A DNA stretch of 64,000 bases from assembly GCA_025594325.1 (NCBI GenBank), contig JANHCV010000007.1:372001-436000 (forward strand), in the 5' to 3' direction. Positions 22,232 to 35,000 of the stretch are shown piece by piece. The notes beneath the pieces were generated by a model. The model was not told the DNA's origin. It ran no database searches and saw only the letters and a list, made by a program, of their open reading frames with translations. Position 1 is the stretch's first letter, and each line of letters starts with the position of its first letter. The stretch comes from Blastocladiella emersonii ATCC 22665 (Eukaryota; Fungi; Blastocladiomycota). The position numbers were made by a program, and so were the translations under genes.

Positions 22232-24797
22232 CGCGCGGCGCCACGCGGGACAAGTTGATTGGCTTGGCAGGCAGCCACCAGCCACCGCAGGAGACATCTC
22301 ATTTTCTGGTCGTGGTCGCGCGGCCCGTTCTCGCTCCCCGCAATGAACCATGGGCGCAAAGAAGAAAACGAAAACGAATGGAACTTCCGGCAACGGCCGT
22401 GCCCCGTCGAAACACGAGACTCTTGCGGACTCTGACCTCGGCGCCGGCCCGAACGTCCCGCCCGCCCTGACGTGCCCGTCGCGCATCTGCGACGAACAGT
22501 CAGACGTCTTCCGGCCCTACGGCACCGCGCATCCGCGCGACCTGCTGATGCTCCAGAGCATCGTTTCCGAAGAGAATCGGCACTTGCACATCCACCATGA
22601 CGGCACCCAGAGCGTCTTGCTGCTCGGCTGCGGCGACCTTCGCGACCTTGCGCGCACACTGCAGGACACTCGGGCGAAAGGCGGCATTGCCGAGTTTCGC
22701 TTCCTGCTCAACGACATTCGCCCCGAGGTGCTTGCGCGCAACTTGCTCATCCTTCACGCGGTCTCCACGAGCGCCGCCTTGGTCGACGAGACGCTCGCGC
22801 GCCACGTTGCTCAGCTTTGGTTCTCGCTTCTACTCGAGCCCGACACCCGTGCCTTCTGGGAGGACCAGATGCGCGCCTGCCTCGACGTGGACTGGACCGA
22901 CTCGCCCGCGACCTCGATCTCGGTCTTTGACGACGAGACGCTGCGCGCCGTACGCCACTGCTGGCAGTCGTGGCTCAGCGTCGACTGGTCCGTCGAGACG
23001 CTCCTTGAGCACCGGTCGCGGTACCTCGAATCGCACTGGGACCCGGCCGTTCGCGACGTGACCGCGAAGCTGCTTGCGCAGGGCTACGTGGAGCGCAACC
23101 GGGCGCGCTTCGGCAAGCACCTGACGCGTGCGCGCGCGAGCCGGATCGAGTGTACGGCCGAACGTCACGCCACCGACCACACTTTCGCGGTCGACCCCGC
23201 CTCGGTTTCGGCGGCCGTCGTCAACCCGACCTTTCTGCTTGCTCGTGCTGATGGAACCGTGTACTACGCCGTGCCGAACCTCGCGCTGCCCTTCGAGTCG
23301 CTCGACGTTTACGTGACCACCGAGTCGCCCGACTCGCGCTTGTTTGACGAGGTCTGGGACTGGGCCACTGCTCTCCGCGCTTCTTTTGCGCGTGACGCGA
23401 AGCCTCGGCACAAGCTATCGGTTGCCGTTGGCCACGCGATCGGCTTCATGGAGCGGCTCGCCGCGGACCCGCAGCAGCGCTTCGATATCGTGGACACGAA
23501 CAACCTGCAGGACTCGGTCGGCCTGCTCAACCTGCTCGTCCACGCCTCGCCCCTTCTCAACACTCCTCATTGGGTTACCGGCGAGCGACCGCTGATTTTG
23601 ACCTATACCGCTCGTGCTGCTCAAGTTGCTTCCTCCCCTGGGGAGTACTTGGCTTCGACGGCTGGTCTCCCCATCACATCGTTTCCCACGCTCTTGGGCG
23701 TTGGTTTCCTCGAGCTGCCCACCGACGGACACTGGTTTAACTTGGTCACGAACTTTCGGGCGTGGGATGAGGGCGTTCATCGGCGAGTCGAATGCTTGAC
23801 ATTTCAGCGCCTTCCCACTCCTACCGTGCCTATTTCGCTTGAAAAGTCACCGTTCCTGGTCGATGCGCTGGCCAGCTGCGGTGCACACTTGGACTCGTCC
23901 CCGCTCGGTACGCTAGTCTTGCGTCGGAAAAGTATGCCCCTGCCTCTGACACTGCTGTTGCGCGACTGTAGTCGCTCCGCACAACTCTGGCGCTGTGATC
24001 CCAAAGCTCGTCGCGGCCGCTCTCGCAGCAGGCCGGCTTACCTGGTCGGGTGCCAAGCAGGCCTCGTCCGCAGCCCTTTCATCCGGTGTTTGGTCGGGAC
24101 TTCTTGATTCGATGTCTCGCAGCCGCATCGAGGCGACCAACACGGTTTCGCTCTACGGTCTCGCCGAGGGCGACACGACCAAGCACCAATGTTGCTTTGA
24201 ATTCATTGTGCCGCTTGGCGAAAGCAGCACCTCGAAGCCGCCGTCGTTTCTGACGGCTCAGCTCATGGTTCACGACAAACCAACTTGGTTCAAGTCCCTC
24301 ATCGTCGAGCTATTGCCTACCGAGCCCGGATCCGTGCGCGTCAAGCTCTACCTGGCGCACCATCTCGCGCACCGCTTCGCCAATGCTTCGATCAGCTTCT
24401 ACCGCGAGTTTGTGACGGATCCCGGTACTGATTGCCCGCCTCGCGAGCTTCTCGGCGGTCAGCCTTTTTCGCTCTCGTCCGCGATCATGACACGAGCCCC
24501 CTGCGATTCGTTCCACGCGCTGGCTCGCGGCATCCTGGCGTCTCGGAAGCCGCAACGGGGTGCCTCATTGACGACAGCGCCGGTGGCTCTGCCTGTCACA
24601 CACGCCGCCGAGTTTGACGACCGCATTGAGCTTACTCTCTCGATTCCCAAACGCGAAGGACTCGCCAGCATCAGGCGGGGCGAACCGACTTCCTACGGCG
24701 CGGCGTCGCTCTTCGTGGGGAGGAGGATCGTGGACGATCGCTACTTTCTTCCCTCGAGCGTCGAGATTGTTGACCTTGTCGTTTCGCGCCAGAGGCG
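22232..24797 (+). repeat. Left arm of a 2,566-bp inverted repeat (partner 49046-51611)
   Basis: Paired coordinates sum to 73843. All overlapping six-frame ORFs have identical translations in both arms, the intron was spot-checked as identical, and both ends were located by direct comparison. Confidence 0.95.
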
Positions 24798-25458
24798 CTT
24801 AGTGCTTGTCGTCCTCAAGCGGATCCTTGGCGCCGCGCAGTTCTCCCACGCTGTCTTCCGCGTGAAACCGACGATTGGGCGCAGCAAAGAGTATCTTGCG
24901 ACCGCTCTCCCAATGCAGCTTGCGCTTGACCAGTTCTCTACGATCGAACTGGGCGATGCTTTCGCGGGATCCGAGGCGCATGCTTCCGCCAAGGTCATTG
25001 TCGAGACAATCAAAGCCATCTTCGCACTTGCGGCCGACGCAGCCACGCGCCTGATTGAGATCCGCTCAAGCGAAACCGGAAACGTGCTGTTGCTCGTGAT
25101 TCCACAAGGGTTGTTGCTTGTCCCGCCAGCGGGTCCAGGGCTCGCGCCGACGCCAGCCCTGAAGTGCTTGCTCGCACTCGCACCACAGCTCAGGGTTGGG
25201 GTGAACGACAAGTTCACGCCTGATCTCCCTACTTTGCTCACCACCGCGCGGGAGCAAGTTTCTCCCTCGGCAGTGCGGTCCCTCACGTTCGCTTCTACCG
25301 ATCATCTGTTCCATGGGTTTTGCCTGGTGAACGCCAACACTTCTCCCCTTGTGCATGTCCCGCCGTCGGATCCTCGCTTCCCATCCGAGTTTTACGCGCG
25401 GCTGCGCCCGAACCTGGTGGACTCGCTGATTCTTCCCCTCTATCCGGTGCGGCACTAG
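22350..25458 (+). CDS. DUF4470-domain (SAM-dependent-methyltransferase-like) protein, copy A, 1014 aa
   Basis: Motifs VLLLGCGDLRD, LNDIRPEVLARNLL and RFDIVDTNNLQDSVGLLNLL. Intron 23908-23971 (GTACGC..CTGAC..GTAG) joins ORFs 22350..24107 and 23995..25458 into one frame. Confidence 0.88.
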
Positions 25459-26550
25459 TCTAGTCGTTTGACGTCTTGTGTGCTTCCTTGTTTAATCCGT
25501 TATTTCCGCAAATAAATCCATTTCATGTCCATGCTCGCGTGTTTGAGCGGAATCGACGCGACGCGGAGGAACCTGTCGTGTTGCAGCGAGCGCTCGCACG
25601 GCTCGGCTCACAGGTCAAACCTTGGCTCGGCTCTCGGCTCGCGACTCGCGGTCAATCGGCTCGGAGCCGGAAGCGCGACTGATTTCGACTCGCCGCTCGG
25701 CACCTGTCCTTGAACATTCATGCTGAGCGGCGAGCGCACGAGTGCGGCACCCGAGACTCTGGAGATACATGGCATGTTCTGCTCCTAACTTTGTTAGAAA
25801 ACGTCTGGCTTAAATGTCAAACCGCGCGTTCGACAACGGAAACGCTCCTACTACCGCGGGAGCAAGACCATCGTGTGAGTGAGGACCGACTGGTCATGGT
25901 TAAGGTGAGATCCCATGGGCCACGAATTCAATCACGTTAGTTGTTGCTCACTCACACGGCTTTCTAGCCCCTCACCAGAATGAAGGCTGATCGATACGTG
26001 ATTTTCCTTTCGAATTCCGCGATCTGGGGCCTACTCATGTTGTTAAATCAAGAGCGCTCGCGAGCCCTCACGAGCCGCTCGAACCACCCCCGACCTTGTC
26101 CTCCCCACTCGCACGCGCCCCCCAAACACGACTTATAAGTGCCGGGCACGAGTGGGTCCGAGCCCCAGCTCTGAGCGCACCGAAAGCCGATATCCGCAAC
26201 TTTCTCGCGCGTCATGTCCAGCGGGCTCCTCGGCCGGAGTGGCGCAACGCGTCGCTCCGCCACCCACGTGCGTGGCGCAGCCTCACGCTTTCGGGTCATC
26301 TCCGCCCACGTCATCGAGCCGCAGCGACCAACCCTTCGCCTCGCGGACTCATGAGGCGATACGGCACAAGCAAACGAGAGAAAACATACATGTAATAGTA
26401 CACGCCGACCGGAACCCCCCATCCTCGCCTTCCTGCCACCGCGACACACACGAGGACGAGAACGAGGACGAGAACGAGAGCTCCGAGGGAAGGAAATGGA
26501 TGGTATCAACATCAACGTCAACAGCACCGCGCGCAGCGCACCCGTCATTG

Positions 26551-28769
26551 TCACTCGGCATGCGCGCCGACGCGGTCTCTGGGCGAGTAGAGCGACGCGG
26601 CGCGCGGGAGCGCTGGCGCGACGACGGCAGCGGCGGCGGGCGCGGCGGTCACGTCGTCGGCCACGTCGTCGGTCACAACCATGGTGGCGCCGGCGAGCAT
26701 GGACCGGACGCGCGGCGCCTCGCGGCGCTTGACGACCACCTCGTAGTTGCACCCGCCGTTGTTGTCCCACGCCGACTCCCAGCGGGACACGAGGGCGCCG
26801 CCCGCGGCGCTACCGCTACCGCTACCCGCAGCCGCCGTGTCGACGTGGCACGCGCCGCCGGCGACCGCCGCCGACCCGGACGCGAGCGCGACCTGCTCCT
26901 GGACAAAGTACTGGTAATGGACGCAGAAGTACACCGTGGCGTGCTGCTGCTGCGCGTTGCCGCTGCCGACGAGCTGCGGCGTGACGTCGAGCTCGAACTG
27001 GAACCGGTCCCACCCGGGCGCCGGGCCAGCGCCGACGTACCGGGCCTCGAGGTCCGTGAACGAGCGCCAAAAGTCCTGCGTCGCGCGCACCGTGACGCGC
27101 TTCTCGTACGCGAGGTTGCGCACCAGGACGGTCCCGACGACACGAACGCGGTCCGAGGTCGCGGGGAGCTGGTCGGGCGTCGCCGAAAACGAGGAGCGGA
27201 GCGCTGACTTGGGCCGCCGCACGACCGCGGGCAGCGGGACCGGGCACACGCCGACGGCGAGCTGGACCGCCTCGACGACGACCACGTCCCACGGCGCGGG
27301 CGACCGCGGGGCCGGGGCGCCCGTGGGCAGGTACGCGAGGTGCGGGACGACGGCAGCCGCTTCGTCACCAGGCGAGGGTGACCGCGACGACCCCGACTCG
27401 GACTCGCTGCTGCCCCACAGCGCGGGGAGGAGCCCCTTGCGCCCGTCCGCGAGCGTGCCGAGGACGGGGTTCGCGCACCCGTTACTCGTCGCCGCCCCCG
27501 CCGAGATCCCGAGGCCGACGCCGGGCACCGCGGGCGCGCCGATGCGCAACCCCGCGGTCGCCGTGGCGGCAGGCCAGTTGGGCGCGAGGAACGCGTAGTC
27601 AAAGTGCGGGACCTCGGGCTCGTCGACGGCGGACCAGCGCGCCGACGACACCTCGGTGGGGCGGTCGTTGTGGCGGAAGAAGCGGACGGCGCCGAGATGC
27701 GACGGGAACGAGACGGACCGGCGGTTCGTGGGCGGGGCGAGGACCGCGGCCACGGGCTTGTTGACGGGCACCACGGACGCGGCGGCAATGGGCTTGGCGG
27801 CGGGGACGAGGAGCGAGTTGAGGACCACGGGCGCGACCGCCGACGATGGCGGTGTCGCGCCGCGCGGCGGGAGGACGGCGGCGGGCTTGCACGAGCGTTG
27901 TGGGATAGGCGCGGACAGCGGGATGCCGAGGGCCGGGAGCGAGATGCGCGGCGACGGCGGGGCGGCCCTGGACGAGACCGACTCGTCGTCCTCGTCGAGG
28001 TCGAGGTCGAACACGAGCGGGACGTCGTCGGCCGAAGAACTGTTAGCCGCGGCCACCGCGACCGCCGTGGCCGCCGCGGCCGCCGCCGCAACGACGGCCG
28101 ACGCCGCGTTCTGGACGAGCCGGTCGGCGAGGAGCGTGGCGAGCTTGGCGTTATCGACCGAGTCGGACCGCGATCGCCGGTGGTGGTGGCCGTGGCCGTG
28201 GCCGTGACCATGCGCGCCATGGTAGACAATGCGGTTCTCCTCGCCGGGCGACGACGAGAGCGACGGCGACTTGCACCGGAACCCGTCGCTCGGCGACACC
28301 GTCCGACGCGCGCCAGGGGACGCGGGCGTGGGTGACCCGTTGTTACGGGGCGCGGGCTGCGCCCACGGGTTGCCGGCGTGGCGGGCGTTGGGCGGCGCGG
28401 TCGCGGGCCCGGCGCGCGGGGAGAGCGAGAGGGCGCGGAGCGCGGCGGCGGCGGCGGCCGACGACACGGGGCTGCACCCGAGCGAGGCGAGGGTGGCGGA
28501 CATGGGCGACGGGTGGCGCGGGAAGAAGCCGGCGGCGACCGAGGGCGCCGAGGTCGAGACGGACGGGTTGGCGGCGGCGAGGAAGATGGGGTAGGCGGGG
28601 GACCCGGGCCGCGGTGTGGGCGGGGCGGACCGCGAACGGGCCGTCGGGATGGTCATGGGCGAGCCGGGCCGGCGGTGGTGCGCGTGCGCGTGCGCGGGCT
28701 GGTGCAGGTGCGGGAACGGGGCCGGGTTGTGCGGCGAGCCCGTGGGCGAGGGGTAGACGTCGAGCGACA
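26551..28769 (-). CDS. Glycogen-targeting protein phosphatase 1 regulatory subunit (CBM21 domain; Gac1/PPP1R3-like)
   Basis: RVxF-type RSVSF followed by VRFF. CBM21 core GTVLVRNLAYEKRVTVR..W..F..FCV..WDNNGGCNY. Probable start MSLDVYP at 28769. Confidence 0.9.
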
Positions 28770-31374
28770 TGGTTGGAGGTCTAGTGATGGAGGGTGGCAC
28801 AGTCAAGGGGGTGAGTTCTATGTGCGAGTGTCAAACGGGGGCGCGGAGCGAGGGGGCCGCGCGGGGTATTTATCGGCGCCGTGGGCAGGGCTGCCCGATG
28901 CCGGCGGGCCTTGGCCTCGGCCGCAGCCGCCGGCGACGGCGCTGACGCAACCGCGCGTCACGGTGGATACGACGGGAGGGGCGTGACGCACCGATATCAA
29001 TCCGCAAGTGATAATCGACGAGGCAGCGGAGGTGGCGAAGCGAGGCAGCCCTTGCTGAAACGATCGCGGGATCTAGAAGCGCGATCAGAGGCCGGGCCGA
29101 CGTCAGCGGAGGAGCAAGCCGCAGGGGCGCGAGGGTGACGGAGCGGTGACGGCGACCACTCAGGGCCCGCCGCGATGCGCCGTGCAGGACGCGGCGGGAC
29201 GCGAGGGCACGCCTAAGCGCATGACGATGGCGGGGCGAATCGTACCTTGCCAGCTGCGGGGCCGATGGGCAGGGATAGAGTTTTGGGCGGGGCGCGAACT
29301 GGTGCAGATGGCGGGGCACGTTTATGCGGGCGGGCGCGTGTGCGTGTCGATGATGGCCACGTTCAGGTGCAGCAGCTGAGGAAGGGAGGAGCGGTGTCGT
29401 CAGTCGCGCTGCTCGGGTGATGAGGCTCGGCGAGTGCAAGGAGAGAGGGAGGGAGGAGAGGGGGGAGCGCCGCCAAGGCTCGCACACACGCACAGCCGAG
29501 GAAGCCGCGCAGCGAGCGAGCAGCGGATCGAAGGCGTGGTGGTGGTGGAACAAGCGATGGCGCGACGAGGGCGGCGAGCACAGAAGGCATCGAAGCAGGG
29601 AGGTGTGGGAGCGCGATAGGGCGAGGACAGCAGAGGTGGTGGGCAAGGAACGATAGCGTGCGAGAAAAGAAAAAGGGACGCGACGGCGGCGGTGGGTCAC
29701 GGCGGGCACGGACTTGCTCAGAATGAATAGGCGTCTCCCCCCGGGTTCCCACGCGGCGATAAGCCGGCGCGACGCGATGAGCCACAGTGACACGGCCACG
29801 CGTCACCCTCGCCCCGCCCCGCCCGACGGGATCGCGTCACCGTCTCCGCCCACCGGGTCCCGAGCCGAGGTGCCCGGCGCGTCGCGCCACGGGGCGCTCG
29901 GGTCACGCGGGCCCTGCGTCGAGACGCAGAGGCAGGGACACGGCGTAGCGACCCCCGGCGGCCCGCGACCCGACCCCAGCCGACCAGAGGCTCGATCAGC
30001 GGGGCAGGACGCAGGTTGCAGGTGGACGAGGAAAGGAGCAGGGAGGCAGGGCCGATCCAGGCTCCCAAGTCGCTGCGGCCCGCGGCCCGCGACCGGCGTC
30101 GGCGGCGACGGGAACGGTCAGGGACCGCAGGACCCAGAGAACGTGTGTACGCGCGCGAGCGCGTGGGGCCGGGTGCGGACATGATCGCGACGGGAATGGA
30201 AAGGGATGGAATGAGGCGATCAGCGATCAAGCGAAGAACGTACCAGGCGAGCAACGGGTGGTGATGGCCGCGCTGGTCGCCGACGACGAGGCGGACGCGA
30301 GCGAGAGAGAGGGAGGGGAGAGCTCTGTGTGAAGAGGGGCGGGGTCAGATCCAGCCGACGGCCGAGGCACAGCGCCAAGCGATGCGGACCCTGAAGTGAG
30401 CAGAGCGGCCGCGCGATGGGAGATCCGAGGCAGTCGAGTTCTTTTGCAACGGGGCGAGCGAGCGATCCCGGCGAGGCAAGTGGTTGGCGGGCGGGCGGAC
30501 GCGTGGTGGTGGTGGTCTGCGGGCGGTGGTGGGACACGTTGCTGGGCGGTCAGTTGGGCGGATCAGGGAAAATGGTCGGGCGAGGCGGGGCGGGCAACGG
30601 ACGAGCGAGCAGAGCAGCGAGGTGGGGGACAGCTGTAGCAGTCGGTGGGGGATGATAGATGGTGGGAGAGCGGTAGCAGATCGGCGGCGAGAGGGAGGGA
30701 CGAGGGCGGCCGTGCTCTTTGAAGGCCGTGTGCGGCGGTGGCGGCGCACTGCTCGAGTCAGCATCGAGCGAGCAGCAAGGCCGATCGATAGCGTAGCGTT
30801 GGGTTTGCGCCATGCGGGGAACAAGGGAGTGATACGGCGGGACGAGACACGGCGGGTGGAGGAGAGACACGGCGTGTGCGATAGCCAGCCGCGAGCGAGC
30901 AACACCAGCTGCGGCAGCGGCGCGATTAGCGTCCAATCGCCGCGCGCTGCAAGTCGCTGCAAGGGGTGCAGCGGCACCGTTTCTCCGCCCGCCCGCCCAC
31001 CCCGCACCACCGCGCCGCCGCGCTCCCCTTCCTCGTTCGAGCCGAGTGCAGGAAGTCGCCGGGGACGCCACGGCGCGCGGCGGCGCGCGGTGCGGCGCGA
31101 GGGCGAGGGCGATGGCGAGGGCGAGCACAAGGAATGGAGCTGCATGAAGTGTGCGCGGCGAGGGATGGACGAGGGGGGATGGGGATGCAGGAGGAGGGTG
31201 TCTCGCAGCCGTGCGGTGGCGATGGTGAGACACGACCGCGGTGAGGATGGTGAGACATACGGCGGCGGCGGCAGGGACCGTGAGACCGTGGTGGCGGTAC
31301 GAGCGTCGTGGTGCGGGATGTGTCGGCGATGGTGGTGGTCGAGAGAGCGAGCGCGGCCGTGGCAGCGATTTATG
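28770..31374 (-). promoter_or_regulatory. Putative long multi-intron 5' leader and promoter of the CBM21 gene
   Basis: Minus-strand donor/branch/acceptor sets at 28991-28817, 29245-29073 and 29493-29376, further donors (e.g. GTATGT at 31260), a CATAAAT box at ~31370, and no credible coding ORF. Confidence 0.35.
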
Positions 31375-32084
31375 CGCAGCAGGAAGCGGCGGAGCGGGCG
31401 AGGGCGGTGGGTTCCCCGTGGCGAGGATCGGCGCGCGTCGCGTCGCGTCGCGTCGGCCCGGTGTTGTTCTTGTGCGCGCAGCGGGCGGCCGTAAGCGTAG
31501 CTCGGAACGAGAACCCCTGTGAGGGGGTCGGTGAGTTGTCGGTGCTTGTCGTGCTCGCGGTGGTGGTGCGAGGTCGCGAGACCCGTTGGAGCCGGCGGCG
31601 GTCGCGATGCCGTGCTGGAACGCGTCCGACGCGTCACTCACTCACCCCCTCGCTTCCCTTTGAGCCAGCCACTCCCATCCCCACCTTCACCGTGGCCGCC
31701 CACCGCCATCTCTGCCACGTTGCTCGTGCGTCGGCCTCTCTCCCGGACCTCCGCGCGTCGTTCGCCGCGAGCGAGCGCACCGGATCGAGCCTCCCACTCG
31801 CGCAAGGCTCAAAGCGAACGAGAGGGCGAAGCAAAAGATGCCGCATCTGCGCTCTCTCATCTCGTTTGTTCTGCGGCCTGGGGCCTCGGCGCGGCGCGGG
31901 CGCGGTTCTCACGGTCGCGTCAGCACGACTCGGCCGCCTCCCCCAACCTGCCCTCCCTCCCCCAACGGGCCCCATGCTGCCGGTAATTTCGGGTCGGCCG
32001 CGGAATTACATGAAGGCTGAGCGCAACCTTGCTTGCTTGCATCTATTGAACGTAATAACCCACGGGCAAATGAGACATTCGACT

Positions 32085-35000
32085 TCAGACCGCCGACCCA
32101 CGCGAGCTCGGCGCCGGCGACGCGGCCGCCGACGCGCGGCGGCGCGCCTCGACGGCCTCGGCAATCGACGCCGTCTCGCCCTTCTTCCACACCTGCTTGG
32201 ACATTTCCGTGAGGTCGCGGTTGAAGCTGAGGTAGTCGATGTTATCGTCGTGGTCCTGGAGCGCGTAGTGCGCCACGATCAGCGCGACATCGGCTTCCAT
32301 CAGCTCGCACCCGGCCGCCGACATGGCCGACATGAACTGCGTGCGCGTGATGGTCCCGTTGTGGATCTTGTCGTGGTCCTCGAGGTACCGCAGCAAGAAA
32401 TACATGCGCCGCTGCCGCAAGTCCTCGGCCAGCGAGTGCATCAGCTGCGACAGCGCCGCGTCGTGGCTTGGGCCCCACGCTTCGTTGCCGCGGCCCGCAC
32501 CCCCCGCGATACACGCCCCGCCGGCGCCCTGCGGCAGCGCGACCGCGCGCGGCTGCCCGTGCTCGTGCCACAGCGGCTTGAATTCGGCCACCTTGGCCGT
32601 CGGCGTCCGCTCCAGGTGCTTTTGCGTGAACACGGCCTCCATGTCGTCCGAGAAGGCGCGGTAGTTGACGAGCCCTGCCAGCGGGTTGCGCCCGCTTCCC
32701 CCGCCACTTCCACCACGCGCCACGGCGTACCGGTCCGCGACCGACGCGATCTCGACGCGGTCGAGCTGGAACGACAGCCAGTCGAGCGCCCGCTCAAACT
32801 CGCCGCGCGTGATGCGCCCGCAGTTGAGCCCGTCGAAATCGCGCAGCGCGTCGTACACGCGGATGCGTTCCGTCTTGACTTTCGACTTCATGCGCAGCAG
32901 CAGCGCGTCGAGGTCGTCGTCGGGGATCCGCGGCAGCGGCGCCGGTCGGGCGAGCGCCGCCATCGCGACCACCCCGCCGCCCGTGCCCGTCGTGAGCCCG
33001 CACCCGGCGGCCGGGATCGCCGACGCGCGGCCGACATCGATCGGCATGCCGGAGTGCAGCATCTTGTTGACCGACGGGCACCCGGGGGCCGCCTGGTCGC
33101 CGGGCCGCGGGCCGAGCGGCGGGGTGTCGACGGGCGCGAGCGGGTCCTGCGCCTCGACGAGGGCGATGAACGGCTGGTAGCAAAAGTCGCCGAACCCGAC
33201 GTCGGTCCAGTTGCGGCAGATCAGCTCGAAGGCCGCGTCGCTCACCTCGGCCTCGACCCACGAGAGTACCTGGCGTAGCTGTGCGCGTGTGACGCGGCCC
33301 GTGCGGAGCTTGTCGAACGAGTGGAACTGCGGCTTCATCGACGTCGACCGCCGCTGCAGGTGCGCGCGCAGGGACACGAGCGTCTCGCGCAGCTGCACGT
33401 GCTCGACGGCCGCCAGCGGGCGCGTGTGCGGGTGCTCGGCCGGGTTCGCGAGCGCCGGCGGGACGACGCGGAGGGTCGGCGTTTTCTCGAGGTCCGTGTA
33501 GTGGCCGTGCGCTACATTAACCCCCCATGTTAGCGTCAGATCACCTCCACCATCATCTCTCGAAAACAGCGTACCCTCTTCGACATGCCGCTCAAAGTCG
33601 CGCCAGCGGCACCGCTCGGGCTTGTCGGGGGCCATGAAGTGGTCGGCGAGCGTCTGCGCCTCGCCGGGCGTGAGCTGCAGGCCCATGTGGTTGAGCGCAC
33701 GCACGAAATCGGGCCGCGAGATGGTGCCCGTCTTGGACCGGTCAAAGTCGCGCAGGAACTCGCACATGCGCAGGCCCTTCATGTACACTTGCCGCTGGAT
33801 CGTGTCGAGCAGGTCACCGAGCGACCGGTCCGGGATCACCAGCGGCTCGATCGTCTCGTACTGGTTCGTGCTGTCCCTGCGCTTGGCTATACACAGGGGG
33901 GTCGCGCGCGCGGTTAGTGATGTGGGTTGCGGCACGGAGCGCGGGGCAGCGTACTCGAAGCGTCCACCTCGTGGACAAAGTTGATGTAGTTGACGTGGTA
34001 CGGGTCCTGGTGCTTGTCGAGGAGCACGTACAGCTCCTTTTGCGAGATTTCGAGCCCCGCCAGCGACAGCAGGCGCGCAAACTGCGACTTGGTGATCTGC
34101 CCGCACCCGCCCGCGCGCCGGTCCAGGTCCTTGAAGAAGCTCATCATGTTGATCCGGCGCCGCCCAATCTGCTGCTGCAGCCGCTCGATCACCTGCGCGT
34201 AGATGGCCTCGTCCTCGGCCGACAGCGTGTTCGTGTGCTAGATACAAGGGGAGTGAGTGGGAGATTGATGAGGGGGATGGGATGGGGTATCGGACCTTGA
34301 TGAGCGCCTCGCGGTCCGGCGGCGCGAGCTGGAACGTTGGGTCGGCCTCGACCTTGTGCGACGTGAAGACTACACATCCACTTGAGGTCAGCCCCCGTCC
34401 AACACGAGACACGAGCTCCAACGTACTCTCATCGACCTGTGCACAAAAGTCGCGGTACGAGACCCGCCCGTCGGCGCACCGGAACGCGGCCACGACCGCG
34501 TCCGTCTCGGCGCGGCTGATGAGCAGCTCGGCCTGCTTCATGGCGGCGCGGAACTGGTTCTCGGTCACGAGCCCGAGGTTGTGGCGGTCGTAGTCGCGGA
34601 ACAGGTCGACCAGCCGGATCCGCTGCACGTACACGAGCTTCTGGATGTGCGCGAGCGCCGCCGCCGCCGTCGGCACGGTGCGCGGGCTCGGGTCGTTGCT
34701 CTCGAGCAGCACCTCGGTCCCAACCGGCGCGCGCATCGGGTGCTCGTCGGCCGCCTTTTGCGGGACCAGGCGGTTGCTCGGCTCGACGCGCGGCGGGCGG
34801 ACTAGATTTCCGCGGGGATGTCAGCTTCGCGTTACCATGTCCTCGACGCCGTGGCCGTACCCTTGCGGTTGACGTGCACGTTGAACTTGAAGTAGTTGAC
34901 GGTATCCGTGCCGTGGTCCTTGTACATCACAAGCAGCGTGTCGATCTCCTCGGCCGTGAGCAGGCTGGCGGGGAACCCGCGCCGGTACTGGTTCACCGTC

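Noticed and set aside
28870-31641. ORFs of 300-430 aa on the minus strand in the gene-free region
   Set aside because: Low-complexity P/R/S/H translations without codon bias, typical of C-rich UTR or intron sequence.
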